A stretch of 64,000 nucleotides of DNA, from positions 160,001 through 224,000 of the forward strand of contig CAWBMV010000012.1 of assembly GCA_963789955.1 (NCBI GenBank). The letters run 5' to 3'. The notes under the pieces are model-generated. The model saw only the letters and a list, made by a program, of their open reading frames with translations, was not told the origin of the DNA and searched no databases. Below, in pieces: positions 30,511-41,266 of this stretch (position 1 is the first letter of the stretch; every line of letters begins with the position of its first letter). The stretch is from an uncultured Candidatus Rokubacteria bacterium (lineage in GTDB: Bacteria; Methylomirabilota; Methylomirabilia; Rokubacteriales; CSP1-6). The position numbers and the translations under genes were made by a program.

Positions 30511-32574
30511 GTGGCCCTGAGAATCGGCGTCGACATCGGTGGCACGTTCACGGATCTCGTCGCGCTCGACGAAGCGACGGGTACCGTGGTCACCACCAAG
30601 GCGCTCAGCACGCCGCGCGAGCTCCTCGAGGGCGTCCTGCGCTGCGTGGACCAGGCCGGCGTGCGGCTGGCCGACTGTCGGTTCGTCATCCACGGCACGA
30701 CCATCGGCATCAACGCGCTGCTCGAGCGGAAGGGCGCGCGCACCGGGCTCATCACGACCGAGGGATTTCGGGACGTCCTCGAGATCGGGCGCGGCGACTT
30801 TCTGAAGATGTACGACGTGCTCTATCGGCGGCCCGAGCCGCTGGTGCCGCGCGGTCGCTGCCACGAGGTGCCGGAGCGCCTGACGGCGACCGGCGACGTG
30901 CTCGTGCCGCTCGACGAGGCGGCCGTCCGGGCGGCAGCCCGCGGATTGCTCGCCGACGGCGTCGAGTCGGTGGCGATCGTGTTCCTGTTCTCGTATCGCG
31001 ATCCCGCCCACGAGGTGCGCGCCGCTCGGATCGTCGCGGATGAGATGCCGGGCGCGGCGGTCTCGGCCTCGCACCGGATCACGCAGGAATGGCGCGAGTA
31101 CGAGCGGACGAGCACGACGGTCGTGAACGCGTACGTCCAGCCGATCATGGACCGCTATCTCCGCGAGTTCGGGAAAGGGCTCGCCGGGCGCGGCTTCACG
31201 GGCCAGCTCCTGGTGACCCAGTCGAACGGTGGCGCCTTCTCACTCGACGCGGCGCGATCGAAGCCCGTGCACACGATCGAGTCCGGTCCCGCAGCGGGGG
31301 TGACGGGCAGCGCCAGTCTTTCGCGGGTGCTCGGTACCGACCGCCTGATCTCGTTCGACATGGGCGGCACGACCGCCAAGTGCGCGATCGTCGAGCGCGG
31401 CCTCGTGCAGACGACCGACGAGTACCACGTCGACGGCCGTCCGCTCCGGATTCCGGTGATCGACATCAAGGAAGTGAGCGCGGGCGGCGGCACGATCGCG
31501 TGGATCGACGCGGGCGGCGCCCTGGCACTCGGCCCGCACAGCGCCGGCGCGGACCCGGGCCCGGTGTCCTACGCGCGGGGCGGCAGCGAGCCAACCGTTA
31601 CCGACGCGAACCTGGTGCTCGGGCGGATCGACTCGGCCCGCTTCCTCGGCGGCACGATGCCGCTCGATCTTGCGAGCGCCATGCGCGCCATCGACGAGAA
31701 GGTCGGCGTGCCCCTCGGCCTCACCCGCGCCGCCGCGGCGGCCGGCGTCATCAGGCTGGCCGACGTGAAGATGGCGCTGGCGGTGCGTAGCATCACGACC
31801 GAGCGCGGGCTGGATCCGAGGGACTACACGCTCCTGGCCTACGGTGGCGGCGGGCCGCTGCACGCCGTCGCGATCGCCCGTGAGCTCGGGATTCCGCGCG
31901 TCGTCGTGCCGCCGTCGCCGTCGACCTTCTCCGCCTGGGGGATGCTGGCGACCGATCTCAGACACGATCTGGTGCGCACCGTCCTCGTGCCGCTCGACGA
32001 TACGGACGCCGTCTGGGCCGAGGCGCGATACGAGGAAATGCGACGTGAGATCGCCGCGATCCTGCCTGGCACCGGCGCGCCCGTCATGCATCGCGCGGTC
32101 GATCTGCGCTATCTGGGCCAGGAGCACACGGTGACGATCGCGCTGCAGACGCTCGCCGACTGGACTCAGCTGCGCGCCCGATTCGACGCCGCCCACGAGC
32201 GTGCCTACGGCTACGCCGCACGCGAAGTCGACGTCCAGCTCCTGAACCTCCGCCTCGCCGTCGTCTTCCCCCTCGAGCCTCCTCGCCTGGCGACTCTCGA
32301 GCGTCGCGCGACCGACGCGCCCCCGTTCGAGACGCGCAAGATCTACTCGGCCGTCGCCGGCGACGCGCTCGAATACCGCGTGTACCAGCGCGAAGTGCTG
32401 CGGCCCGGCGACCAAGTGCGGGGTCCAGCCGCTATCGAGGAGCCCGGAACCACAACGATCATCGACGCCGCCGACACACTTTCGATCGAAGACCACGGCT
32501 GCCTGGTCATCCACGTCGAAGCGGCCGGAGCGATGGGGGGTATCGGGGGGAGCGAGCATCGCTCCCCCCGATGA
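30511..32574 (+). CDS. Hydantoinase A / 5-oxoprolinase family ATP-hydrolysing subunit
   Basis: IGVDIGGTFTD, HGTT, REYERTSTT, ESGPAAG, DMGGTT, AGGG, TVTDANLVLG, GGGGPLH. Confidence 0.94.
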   Translation: MALRIGVDIGGTFTDLVALDEATGTVVTTKALSTPRELLEGVLRCVDQAGVRLADCRFVIHGTTIGINALLERKGARTGLITTEGFRDVLEIGRGDFLKMYDVLYRRPEPLVPRGRCHEVPERLTATGDVLVPLDEAAVRAAARGLLADGVESVAIVFLFSYRDPAHEVRAARIVADEMPGAAVSASHRITQEWREYERTSTTVVNAYVQPIMDRYLREFGKGLAGRGFTGQLLVTQSNGGAFSLDAARSKPVHTIESGPAAGVTGSASLSRVLGTDRLISFDMGGTTAKCAIVERGLVQTTDEYHVDGRPLRIPVIDIKEVSAGGGTIAWIDAGGALALGPHSAGADPGPVSYARGGSEPTVTDANLVLGRIDSARFLGGTMPLDLASAMRAIDEKVGVPLGLTRAAAAAGVIRLADVKMALAVRSITTERGLDPRDYTLLAYGGGGPLHAVAIARELGIPRVVVPPSPSTFSAWGMLATDLRHDLVRTVLVPLDDTDAVWAEARYEEMRREIAAILPGTGAPVMHRAVDLRYLGQEHTVTIALQTLADWTQLRARFDAAHERAYGYAAREVDVQLLNLRLAVVFPLEPPRLATLERRATDAPPFETRKIYSAVAGDALEYRVYQREVLRPGDQVRGPAAIEEPGTTTIIDAADTLSIEDHGCLVIHVEAAGAMGGIGGSEHRSPR
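32542..32572. repeat. Perfect 14-bp palindrome with 3-nt loop (REP-like element) in the 3' end of the hydantoinase A gene
   Basis: ATCGGGGGGAGCGA-GCA-TCGCTCCCCCCGAT, preceded by ATGGGGGGT. Confidence 0.8.
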
Positions 32575-32587
32575 CAATCAAACAGCC

Positions 32588-34275
32588 ATGCCGGACACGA
32601 TAACGGTCGAAATAATCCGCGCCGCTCTAAATGCCGCCGCGCACCGTATGCGCATCACCCTGATCAAGACCGCCTACAACCACATCATCAGCGAGAGCCT
32701 CGACTTCGGCTGCGCGATCTTCGATCCCGACGTGCAGATGATCGCGCAGGGCATCGGCCTGCCGGTGTTCCAGGGCCATCTCGGGTTCCCGATCCAGGCG
32801 ACGATCGCCGATCGCGGCCTCGAGGCGTTCCGCGAGGGCGACGTCTTCATCCACAACGATCCGTACACCGGCAACGGCAACCACCTGAACGACGTGGCGA
32901 TGACCGCGCCGGTCTTCTGGGAAGGACGCCTTGCGGGCTTCGTCGCCGTGAAGGCGCACTGGACCGACGTCGGGGGACCGGTGCCGAGCTCGATGCAGGT
33001 CGGCTCGACCGACTTCCGCCAGGAAGGCCTTCGCTTCCGCTCGGTGCGGATCGTGAACCGCGGCGAGCTGAACGAAGAGGTGATGCGGATCATCGCCGGG
33101 AACATCCGCGTCGAGAGCGGGACCCTGAAGGACATCCAGGCGATGCTCGCGGTCTGCCGCGCGGGTGATCAGTTCTTCCGCGAGGTGCTCGCCAAGTATG
33201 GGCGCGAGGCGGTGCTCGAGGCGACGCGCGTGTATATGGCCCAGTCCGAGCGTCGCACGCGTGCGGCCCTCGCGAAGATTCCGGCCGGCGTGTATCGAGC
33301 GATCGGCCACTTCGACAACGACGGCATCTCGCTCGACCGGCCCGTGCGCGTCGAGATGGCGATCACCATCGGCGACGGCGAGTATGACCGTCGACTTCGC
33401 GGGGCTCCGACTCGCAGGTGAAGGGGCCGTTCAACTGCGGGGACGCGATCACGATCAGCGCCTGCCGGATGCTGATCAAGTGCCTGACGACGCCGCTCGA
33501 CCCCGTGGACGAGGGCTGCTTCCGCCCGCTGACCGTCGTGATCCCGCCGCGCTCCGTGCTGGCCGCGGAGGAGCCGGCGCCGACGGCCCGCTACTACGTG
33601 CCGATCAATCTGCTGCTCGATCTGGGTCTGCGCGCGCTGGCGCCCGCGATGCCGAGCGATGTGCCCGCGGGATCCTACGGCGATCAGATGCCGACGATCG
33701 CGTTCGGGACCCACCCGCAGACGGGCAAGCTGTTCATCCAGGGCGACCTCAACGCGGGCGGCACCGGAGCCCGGCCGGCCTTCGACGGCGAATCCGCGAT
33801 GATCATCTTCGCCGGCTCCACGGCCCGCAACAATCCGGTGGAAGTCGTCGAGTCGCGCCTTCCGACCATCCGGATCATGCGCTACGGGCTCCGGTGCGAT
33901 TCGGGGGGCGCCGGGCGCCACCGCGGTGGGCTCGGTATCGAGCGCGAATATCACTTCCTGCAGCCGGCGTTCATCACGTTCAGCCTCGAGCGAAAGGCGA
34001 CGCCGCCGTGGGGGCTCTGGGGCGGGAAGGACGGCGCGGTGAACGGCGTCGAGATCACGTCGCCGGACGGCGCGCAGCGCCACGTGCGCAAGGCGACGCA
34101 GCACCCGATCGCCGCCGGCGAGGTCGTTCGCATCATGACCGGAGGTGGCGGGGGCTACGGCCCGCCGTCCGAGCGCGAGCCGGACGCGATTCGCCGCGAC
34201 GTGCGCGAGGGCTACGTGTCCCGCGAGGCCGCGCGGCGCGACTACGGGATCGACGTGAATGGATCTTCGGCGTAG
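32588..34275 (+). CDS. Hydantoinase B / oxoprolinase family subunit, frameshift near 33385-33420
   Basis: ESLDF, GDVFIHNDPY, HLND, AHWTDVGG, NNPVEVVE, DSGGAGRHRGG, GGGGYG, DVREGYVS. Confidence 0.92.
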
Positions 34276-35518
34276 GATCACCGCCGCCGCGCTCTCGATC
34301 GTCCTGGTCGGATGCGCCACACCGTCGTCAGCGCCGCCGCCGCAATCCGCCTTCAACCCGAGTGGACCGGATGCCGACGAGCAGGGCGCCCGCCAGGGCT
34401 ATCCGCTCGGCGACCGCGCGACCTTCTTCCGCGTGCCGTTCCTGGTCGGCTCGCAGAGCCACCAGGACGAGATCTTCCCGGCGCACATCGTCCATCGGGC
34501 CGCGAAACCGTCGCCGCTCGGGCGGGCCGCGTCCGAGCCCGCGCTGCGCTACGAGTACCAGGGGCAGACCTTCGGCCTCGACGACTACCTGGCGCGGAAC
34601 CCGGCGACCGGGCTGCTGGTCGCCCGCGACGAGACGATCCTCGTCGAGCGCTACCAGTACGCGCGGACCGACCGCGACCGGTTCACGTCGTGGTCGATGG
34701 CCAAGACGGTCACGTCGATGCTGATCGGGATCGCCATCGCCGAGGGTCGCATCCGCTCGGTCGACGATCTCGCCGCGACGTACGTGCCGGGGCTCGCCGG
34801 AACCGAGTACGGGCGCACGTCGCTGCGCCACCTGCTGCAGATGTCCTCGGGCGTGCGATTCGTCGAGGAGTACCGGCCGGGCGACGACGTCTCGAAGCTC
34901 TCGATCGACACGTTTCTACAGAGGGGAGCCGGCGGCGTCTCGGCGGTGACCTCGTTCAACGAGCGTGCGGTACCGGCCGGCACGAAGTTCTCGTATGCGT
35001 CGGTCGAAACCGAGGTGCTCGGCCTCGTGCTGGCCGCGGCCGTCGGCCGCTCGGTCTCCGAATACCTTCAAGAGAAGATCTGGCAGCCGATCGGCGCCGA
35101 GGCCGATGCCGCCTGGCTCGTCGATCGCTCGGGACAGGAAGTGACGTACTGCTGCTTCAACGCGGTGCTGCGCGACTACGCGCGGCTCGGCCTGCTCCTG
35201 GCGCACGATGGCAACTGGCGCGGCCGGCAGATCATTCCGGCGGCCTGGGTCCAGGACGCCACGACCGTTCGCGCGGACCAGCCGCATCTGCGGCCCCGCA
35301 CCGCGACGCCGTTCTTCGGCTACGGCTACCAGACCTGGATCTTCCCGGGCGACCGCCGGATGTTCGCGTTCCTCGGCGTGCGCGGCCAGGCGATCTACGT
35401 CGATCCCGCGAGCCGGCTCGTGCTGGTGACGACCGCGGTGCGCAAGCTCCCGGTCGACCCGGGGGTCGCGGAGACGGGCGCGCTCTGGCGCGCCGTCGTG
35501 CGGGATCTCGGCGGCTGA
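34259..35518 (+). CDS. Serine hydrolase, beta-lactamase/AmpC-like (NylB-like), lipoprotein
   Basis: LVGC lipobox; SWSMAK (SxxK); FSYAS; YGYQTW; GVRGQ. Confidence 0.88.
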   Translation: MDLRRRITAAALSIVLVGCATPSSAPPPQSAFNPSGPDADEQGARQGYPLGDRATFFRVPFLVGSQSHQDEIFPAHIVHRAAKPSPLGRAASEPALRYEYQGQTFGLDDYLARNPATGLLVARDETILVERYQYARTDRDRFTSWSMAKTVTSMLIGIAIAEGRIRSVDDLAATYVPGLAGTEYGRTSLRHLLQMSSGVRFVEEYRPGDDVSKLSIDTFLQRGAGGVSAVTSFNERAVPAGTKFSYASVETEVLGLVLAAAVGRSVSEYLQEKIWQPIGAEADAAWLVDRSGQEVTYCCFNAVLRDYARLGLLLAHDGNWRGRQIIPAAWVQDATTVRADQPHLRPRTATPFFGYGYQTWIFPGDRRMFAFLGVRGQAIYVDPASRLVLVTTAVRKLPVDPGVAETGALWRAVVRDLGG

Positions 35519-35523
35519 CGGCG

Positions 35524-36624
35524 ATGCCGCGGAACGCGTATCGCGCCGAAGTCATCGGCAGCCTACTGCGTCCCGCCTACCTCAAGGACGCCCGCCGGCG
35601 CCACGCGGCGGGCTCCATCACCGACGCCGAGCTCAAGCGCGCGGAGGACCGCGCCGTCGACGACGCCGTGCGGATCCAGGCGCGGGCCGGCGTGTCGGTG
35701 CTCACCGACGGCGAGATGCGGCGCTACGCGTACTTCGGCCACTTCATCGACTCGATCGAAGGCTTCGACAAGTTCGGCGGCTGGGCGGTTCCCTTCCGAG
35801 ACGAGCAGGGCCACGAGCTCCTCTTCCAGCGCGCCGTCGTGGTCTCGCGCCTCAGGCGCCGGCGCCATCTGTGCGCCGAGGAGTTCACGTACCTCCGGGC
35901 GCGCACCGAGCGGCCGACCAAGGCGACCTTGATCAGCGCCCTGAACACGACGTCCTACTACGATCCGGACAAGTCGGCCGGCGCCTATCCGACGCGCGAC
36001 GCCTATCTGAGCGACGCGGTCGATATCTTGCGCGGCGAGGTGGACGAGCTCGTACGTCTGGGCTGCACCTACATCCAGATGGACGGGCCGCCGTACACGC
36101 TCCTGATGGACCCGGCCACCCGCGAAGGCTATCGCAGCCGCGGGACGGACCCGGAGCGCCTGATCGACCTCGGCATCGAGATGGACAACGCGGTGATCGG
36201 CAACCATCCGGGAGTCACGTTCGCGCTGCATCTGTGTCGCGGCAACAACCAGAGCAAGTTCCTCGGCAGCGGCGGCTACGACCCGATCGCTGCGAAGGTC
36301 TTTCGCGCGAGCCGGTTCTCGCGCTTCTTGCTGGAATACGACGACGCGCGCTCCGGGAGCTTCGAGCCGCTGAAGAACGTGCCGGACGACCGGACCGTCG
36401 TGCTCGGGCTGGTCACGACCAAGCATGCCGCGCTGGAAAGCAGGGGAGAGCTCGAGCGCCGCATCCGCGAGGCCGCGGCCTTCGTCCCGCTCGAGCGGCT
36501 CGCGCTGAGCCCGCAGTGTGGGTTCGCCTCGACCGAAGAGGGCAACCTGGTCACACCGGCCGACCAGGAGGCCAAGCTCGCGCTCGTGACCGAGACCGCC
36601 CGCGAGGTCTGGGGCGGGTCTTGA
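35524..36624 (+). CDS. Cobalamin-independent methionine synthase II family protein (single catalytic-domain MetE-like)
   Basis: IGSLLRP, TDGEMRR, YIQMD, Zn ligands HLCRGN and SPQCGFAS, LEYD. Confidence 0.9.
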   Translation: MPRNAYRAEVIGSLLRPAYLKDARRRHAAGSITDAELKRAEDRAVDDAVRIQARAGVSVLTDGEMRRYAYFGHFIDSIEGFDKFGGWAVPFRDEQGHELLFQRAVVVSRLRRRRHLCAEEFTYLRARTERPTKATLISALNTTSYYDPDKSAGAYPTRDAYLSDAVDILRGEVDELVRLGCTYIQMDGPPYTLLMDPATREGYRSRGTDPERLIDLGIEMDNAVIGNHPGVTFALHLCRGNNQSKFLGSGGYDPIAAKVFRASRFSRFLLEYDDARSGSFEPLKNVPDDRTVVLGLVTTKHAALESRGELERRIREAAAFVPLERLALSPQCGFASTEEGNLVTPADQEAKLALVTETAREVWGGS

Positions 36625-36699
36625 GGGGCGACCGCGTATACTCGTGGCCCGGAGATCTGGGCCGATGACGCCGAACGCGACCGACAGAAGGCCTGGCGC

Positions 36700-37893
36700 G
36701 TGAGCATCCGCGCGATCCGCTGCGGCACGCTCTTCGACGGTGTCGCTCAGGCGCCGATCCGCGACGCGGTGATCGTCGTCGACGGCACTCGGATCGCCGC
36801 CGTCGGACCAGCCGACCGCACCCCGGCGCCTCCGGGCGCCGATACGCTCGACCTCGCGAACCGCTTCGTCATGCCCGGCCTCATCGACTGCCACAGCCAC
36901 GCCTCGATCGTGCCGGGCCTGGGCGATCAGCTCGGCCAGCTCTGCCGCGGTCCCGTGCCCCAGGCGCTCGCCGCCACTGCGAATCTCAGAACGGATCTCG
37001 CCGCGGGGACCACGACGATGCGGATCATGGGCGAGGAGCACTTCCTCGATATCGAGGTGCGCGACGCCATCGAGGCCGGGGTGATCGCCGGGCCGCGCTT
37101 GCTGGTCGCCGGGCGTGGGCTCGCCGCCAATAACGGCCACGGCCGGGCGCTCGCCAGCTACGACGGCGTGGACGAAGTGCGGCGGGGCGCGCGGGAAAAC
37201 CTCCGGCGCGGCGCGAACCACGTGAAGATCTTCGTCACCGGCGGCGTCAGCTCGCCCGGGGCGATGTCGACGTCGAGCGCCTACACGCGCGAGGAGATTC
37301 GGGCGGCCGTCGAAGAGGCGCACCGTGCCGGCACGTACGCTGCCGCGCACGCCCACGGCGGGGCCGGGCTGCGCCTCGCGGTCGAAGAAGGCGTGGGCAC
37401 GATCGAGCACGGGCTCCTGGCCGGCGACGAGGACATCGCGCTGATGATCGAGCGCCGCGTGTGGCTCATCTGCACGTTCTCGATCTTCATGCACCCGACC
37501 GGCATCGAGCAGGGAGACGGTCAGCGTCCGGTGATCATGGACAAGGTGCGCCGGGCTCGGCGGGTGGCCGGGGAGACGTTCCCGCGTCACCTGGCCTCCG
37601 GCATCCGCTTCGCGTGCGGCACCGACAGCATGCACGGGCTGATGCCGATCGAGCTGGAGACGCTCGTCAGCTTCGGCGTGTCCCCGCGCGACGCGCTGCT
37701 GGCCGGCACGCGCTGGGGGGCCGAGGCGTGTCGGGTCGACGACCAGATCGGGACGTTGGTGCCGGGCAAGCGCGCCGACCTGATCGCGATCGACGGCGAC
37801 CCGCTGAAGGACATCCAGGCGATGCGGCGCGTGAGCCTGGTCATGAAGGATGGAGTGCCCTACCAGGGAGCTTTCGGGAGGAACGGACGATGA
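36700..37893 (+). CDS. Metal-dependent amidohydrolase (prolidase-like subgroup)
   Basis: MPGLIDCHSH, VKIFVTGG, AAHAHG, TIEHG, ACGTDS, PGKRADL. Confidence 0.9.
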   Translation: MSIRAIRCGTLFDGVAQAPIRDAVIVVDGTRIAAVGPADRTPAPPGADTLDLANRFVMPGLIDCHSHASIVPGLGDQLGQLCRGPVPQALAATANLRTDLAAGTTTMRIMGEEHFLDIEVRDAIEAGVIAGPRLLVAGRGLAANNGHGRALASYDGVDEVRRGARENLRRGANHVKIFVTGGVSSPGAMSTSSAYTREEIRAAVEEAHRAGTYAAAHAHGGAGLRLAVEEGVGTIEHGLLAGDEDIALMIERRVWLICTFSIFMHPTGIEQGDGQRPVIMDKVRRARRVAGETFPRHLASGIRFACGTDSMHGLMPIELETLVSFGVSPRDALLAGTRWGAEACRVDDQIGTLVPGKRADLIAIDGDPLKDIQAMRRVSLVMKDGVPYQGAFGRNGR

Positions 37894-39440
37894 GCGAGAT
37901 CACGAGGCGTGAGTGGCTCCATCGGACGGGCGGGCTCGCGGTCGGAGCGGGGATCGGCTCGCTCGTCGGGGAAACCGGCGTCAGGCTCGCGGCCGCTCAG
38001 GGGCAGCCCAAGCGCGGCGGCGTGCTCCGCGTCGCCACCGTCGACAAGCCCGTGAACATGGATCCCGGCTACGCCCAGCTCTACTCGTCGCTGCAGGTTT
38101 ACCAGAACGTCTACAACAAGCTCGTCTACGTGGACGAGGCCGGCCAGTTCATCCCGGGACTGGCGAAGTCGTGGAAGCAGGAAGACGACAAGACGTGGCT
38201 CTTCGACCTGGTCGACAATGCCACGTTCCACAACGGCGAGCCGTTCACGGCCAAGGACGTCGCCTTCACGTTCGCCCGCATCCTCGACGCGAAGAACAAG
38301 CTCCCGATGCGCATCTTCTTCACGCCGATCGAGGGTGTGGAGGCGGTCGGCCAGCACCAGGCGCGCTTCCACCTGAGCCGCTCGTTCGGTCCGCTCCTGG
38401 CGACGCTCGCCCAGGCCACCGAGGTCGTGAACGAGAAGGCGCTCAACGAGAAGGACCCGAAGCTGTTCCCGATCGGCACCGGACCCTATCGCTTCGCCGA
38501 GTGGGTGAAGGACGACCACATCACGCTCGAGCGCTGGGACAAATACCATCGGCCCGGGCGCCCGTACCTCGAGAAGATCATCTTCTACTCGCCCCCCGAC
38601 GATACCGTGCGGCTCACCGGGCTTCAGACCGGGCGCTTCAACTGGATCCAGACGGTCCCGCCCCAGCGCATCGGCGAGCTGGAGCGTGCGCGCGACATGA
38701 AGTCGTCGCCGGGCCGGCCGTACTTTCCGTTCTATTTCATGCTCAACGCGAGCAGGCCGCCGCTCGCCGACAAGCGGCTTCGTCAAGCGATCGCGTGGGC
38801 CGTCGATCGTTCCGAGATCGTGAAGCTCGTCTACTTCGGCAGCCACGTCGTCACCGCCGAGCCCACGCCGGAGCCGAGCATCTGGGCGACCGGGGTGAAC
38901 GCCCACAAGGGCGGGCCCGATCTCGCGAAGGCCAAGCAGCTCATGAACGAGGCCGGGGTCGGCGGCGGGTTGACCCTGACCTACCTTGTCAAATCGCAAG
39001 TGCCGGTGCTGGTCAAGACGGGCGAGATCCTGCGCGAGCAGCTGAAGAAGATCGGCATCACGCTCGAGGTCCAGCCGGTCGAGTCCGGGCAGTATTTCGA
39101 GGCGCTGGTCGGCAAGAAGTTCGACATCGCCGGGGCGTGGTGGAGTGTCACCGTCGATCCCGACATGTTCTACAACCCGATGCAGCACTCGACGTCGCCC
39201 TGGAACTTCACCGGCTTCAAGTCGGAAGAAGCCGACAAGCGCCTGGACGCGTTCCGCTACACGGCGAGCCCGGCGGCGCGCAAGAAGATGTACCCCGAGC
39301 TGGTGCGCTGGTTCCAGGAAGAAGGCTCGCTGATCGTCTTCAGCAACGAGATCCAGCGCTACTGGATGAAGCCCAACGTGAACGGTGTGGTCCCGCTCTC
39401 GTCGCTCGAGCTCCGCTTCGAGGACGCCTGGCTCGCCTAG
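37890..39440 (+). CDS. Peptide/nickel ABC transporter substrate-binding protein (family 5), Tat-exported
   Basis: TRREWL Tat motif, PKRGGVL, FHNGEPFTAKDV, IGTGPYRF, C-terminal FEDAWLA. Confidence 0.92.
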   Translation: MSEITRREWLHRTGGLAVGAGIGSLVGETGVRLAAAQGQPKRGGVLRVATVDKPVNMDPGYAQLYSSLQVYQNVYNKLVYVDEAGQFIPGLAKSWKQEDDKTWLFDLVDNATFHNGEPFTAKDVAFTFARILDAKNKLPMRIFFTPIEGVEAVGQHQARFHLSRSFGPLLATLAQATEVVNEKALNEKDPKLFPIGTGPYRFAEWVKDDHITLERWDKYHRPGRPYLEKIIFYSPPDDTVRLTGLQTGRFNWIQTVPPQRIGELERARDMKSSPGRPYFPFYFMLNASRPPLADKRLRQAIAWAVDRSEIVKLVYFGSHVVTAEPTPEPSIWATGVNAHKGGPDLAKAKQLMNEAGVGGGLTLTYLVKSQVPVLVKTGEILREQLKKIGITLEVQPVESGQYFEALVGKKFDIAGAWWSVTVDPDMFYNPMQHSTSPWNFTGFKSEEADKRLDAFRYTASPAARKKMYPELVRWFQEEGSLIVFSNEIQRYWMKPNVNGVVPLSSLELRFEDAWLA

Positions 39441-39515
39441 TCGCAGTGGCAGTGCGCGCCGCCGGCCGTCGCGGGGCTGGGGACCCGCCGGCCGAGGCGC
39501 GCTTATAGATCGCTC

Positions 39516-40466
39516 ATGGCGTCACTGACCTACGTGGTGCGGCGGGTCGCGCTGGCCGCGCCACTGCTGCTCGGCATGAGCGTGCTGGTGTTCGGGCTCA
39601 TGCGCGTGATCCCGGGCGATCCGGCCGTCGCCGTCCTCGGCTACAAGGCGACGCCGGAGAGCATCCGCGCGATGCGCGAAGCCTTCCACCTCGACGAGCC
39701 GCTGCCGACCCAGTACACGCGCTGGCTGGGGGGCGTCCTGCGCGGCGACTTCGGCATCGACTTTCGCCAGAACGAGCCGATCGGCCGGATGATCGTCGAT
39801 CGGCTGCCGGTCACGATCGAGCTGACCGTGCTCGCGGCGATGGTCGCGGCGCTGATCGGCGTGCCGCTCGGGCTCCTGGCCGGCGCGCGGCGAGGCGGCA
39901 CCGCCGACCGGGCGTCCCTGGCGCTCGGGCTCCTGGGCATCTCGCTCCCGGATTTCTGGCTCGGCATCATGCTGATTCTCGTCCTGTCGCTGGCGGCGGG
40001 CATCATGCCGTCGAGCGGCTTCGTGCCGTTCACCGAGGCACCGCTCGAGAATCTCTGGTACCTGGCGCTCCCCACGCTCACCCTGGCGGCCAGCCGTGCG
40101 GCGGCGCTCGGACGGCTCACGCGCGCCGCGGTGCTCGACGTCGTGCATCGGCCGTTCGTGCAGTTCGCGCGCGCCAAGGGGCTCAGCGAGCCCGCGATTC
40201 TCGTGCGCCACGTGCTCCCGAACGCTGCGATCCCGATCGTGACGGTGATCGGGCTCCAGGTCGGCTACATGCTCGGTGGCGCGATCGTCGTCGAAACCAT
40301 TTTCACGTTGCCCGGGCTCGGCCGGATGACCCTCGACGCGGTGCTCGAGCGCAACTACCCGGTCGTGCAGAGCGGTCTTCTCGTCGTGGGCGCCATGTTC
40401 ATGCTCGTGAACCTGGCGACCGACGTCGTCTACGGGCTTCTCGATCCGAGACTCCGCCGCCGATGA
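39516..40466 (+). CDS. Peptide ABC transporter permease (DppB-like)
   Basis: IPGDPA, RLPVTIEL, PDFWLG, ARAKGL, NYPVVQ, LDPRLR. Confidence 0.93.
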   Translation: MASLTYVVRRVALAAPLLLGMSVLVFGLMRVIPGDPAVAVLGYKATPESIRAMREAFHLDEPLPTQYTRWLGGVLRGDFGIDFRQNEPIGRMIVDRLPVTIELTVLAAMVAALIGVPLGLLAGARRGGTADRASLALGLLGISLPDFWLGIMLILVLSLAAGIMPSSGFVPFTEAPLENLWYLALPTLTLAASRAAALGRLTRAAVLDVVHRPFVQFARAKGLSEPAILVRHVLPNAAIPIVTVIGLQVGYMLGGAIVVETIFTLPGLGRMTLDAVLERNYPVVQSGLLVVGAMFMLVNLATDVVYGLLDPRLRRR

Positions 40467-41266
40467 GCGGCCGGGCGCCGGCGGTCGCGATGATCGGCCT
40501 TGCCGTCGTGGCCCTGCTCGCGCTCCTGGCGATCGCGGCGCCGCTGGTGCTGCCGGGAAGCCCGACCGAGATCACCAGCGCCGCGGCGCTGCGGGCCCCG
40601 ACCGTCGTCGAGCCGTTCGGCATGGACGATCTCGGGCGGAGCGTGCTGAGCCGGGTGATCCACGGCTACCGCGTCTCGCTCGGCGTGGCGCTGGCGTCGG
40701 TCGCGATGGCCGTACTCCTCGGACTGCCGCTCGGGCTCCTGGCCGGCTACGCCGAAGGCGTGGTCGACCAGCTCATCATGCGACCGCTCGACATCCTGAT
40801 GGCGTTCCCGGCGATCCTGCTGGCCATCGCGCTCACGAGCGTGTTCGGCACGGGTGTGCTGCTCGTGTCTCTGGCGCTCGCGATCGTCTACGTGCCGATC
40901 GTGGCGCGCGTCGTGCGGGCGGCGGTGCTGGCGACCAAGGCCGAAGTGTACGTGGAGGGCGCGCGGGCCGTCGGCGCGACGGCGGGACGGCTGGTGCTGC
41001 GTCACATCGTGCCGAACTGCGTGACGCCGCTGCTCGTCCAGGCGTCGGTGCTGATGGCGATCGCGATCCTCGTCGAGGCGGCGCTGTCGTTCCTCGGCGT
41101 CGGCGTGCGGCCGCCCACGCCGTCGCTCGGGCTGATGCTCTCGGACGGCCGCGGATTCATGCTGCAGGCGCCGTGGGTGGTCGTGTTCCCAGGGCTGGCG
41201 ATCCTGGTCGCCGTGCTCGGCTTCAATATGCTCGCCGACGGCTTGCGCGACTGGCTCGACCCGTAG
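40463..41266 (+). CDS. Peptide ABC transporter permease (DppC-like)
   Basis: GMDDLGR, AFPAILLA, YVEGARAVGA, EAALSFLG, DGLRDWLDP. Confidence 0.93.
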   Translation: MSGRAPAVAMIGLAVVALLALLAIAAPLVLPGSPTEITSAAALRAPTVVEPFGMDDLGRSVLSRVIHGYRVSLGVALASVAMAVLLGLPLGLLAGYAEGVVDQLIMRPLDILMAFPAILLAIALTSVFGTGVLLVSLALAIVYVPIVARVVRAAVLATKAEVYVEGARAVGATAGRLVLRHIVPNCVTPLLVQASVLMAIAILVEAALSFLGVGVRPPTPSLGLMLSDGRGFMLQAPWVVVFPGLAILVAVLGFNMLADGLRDWLDP

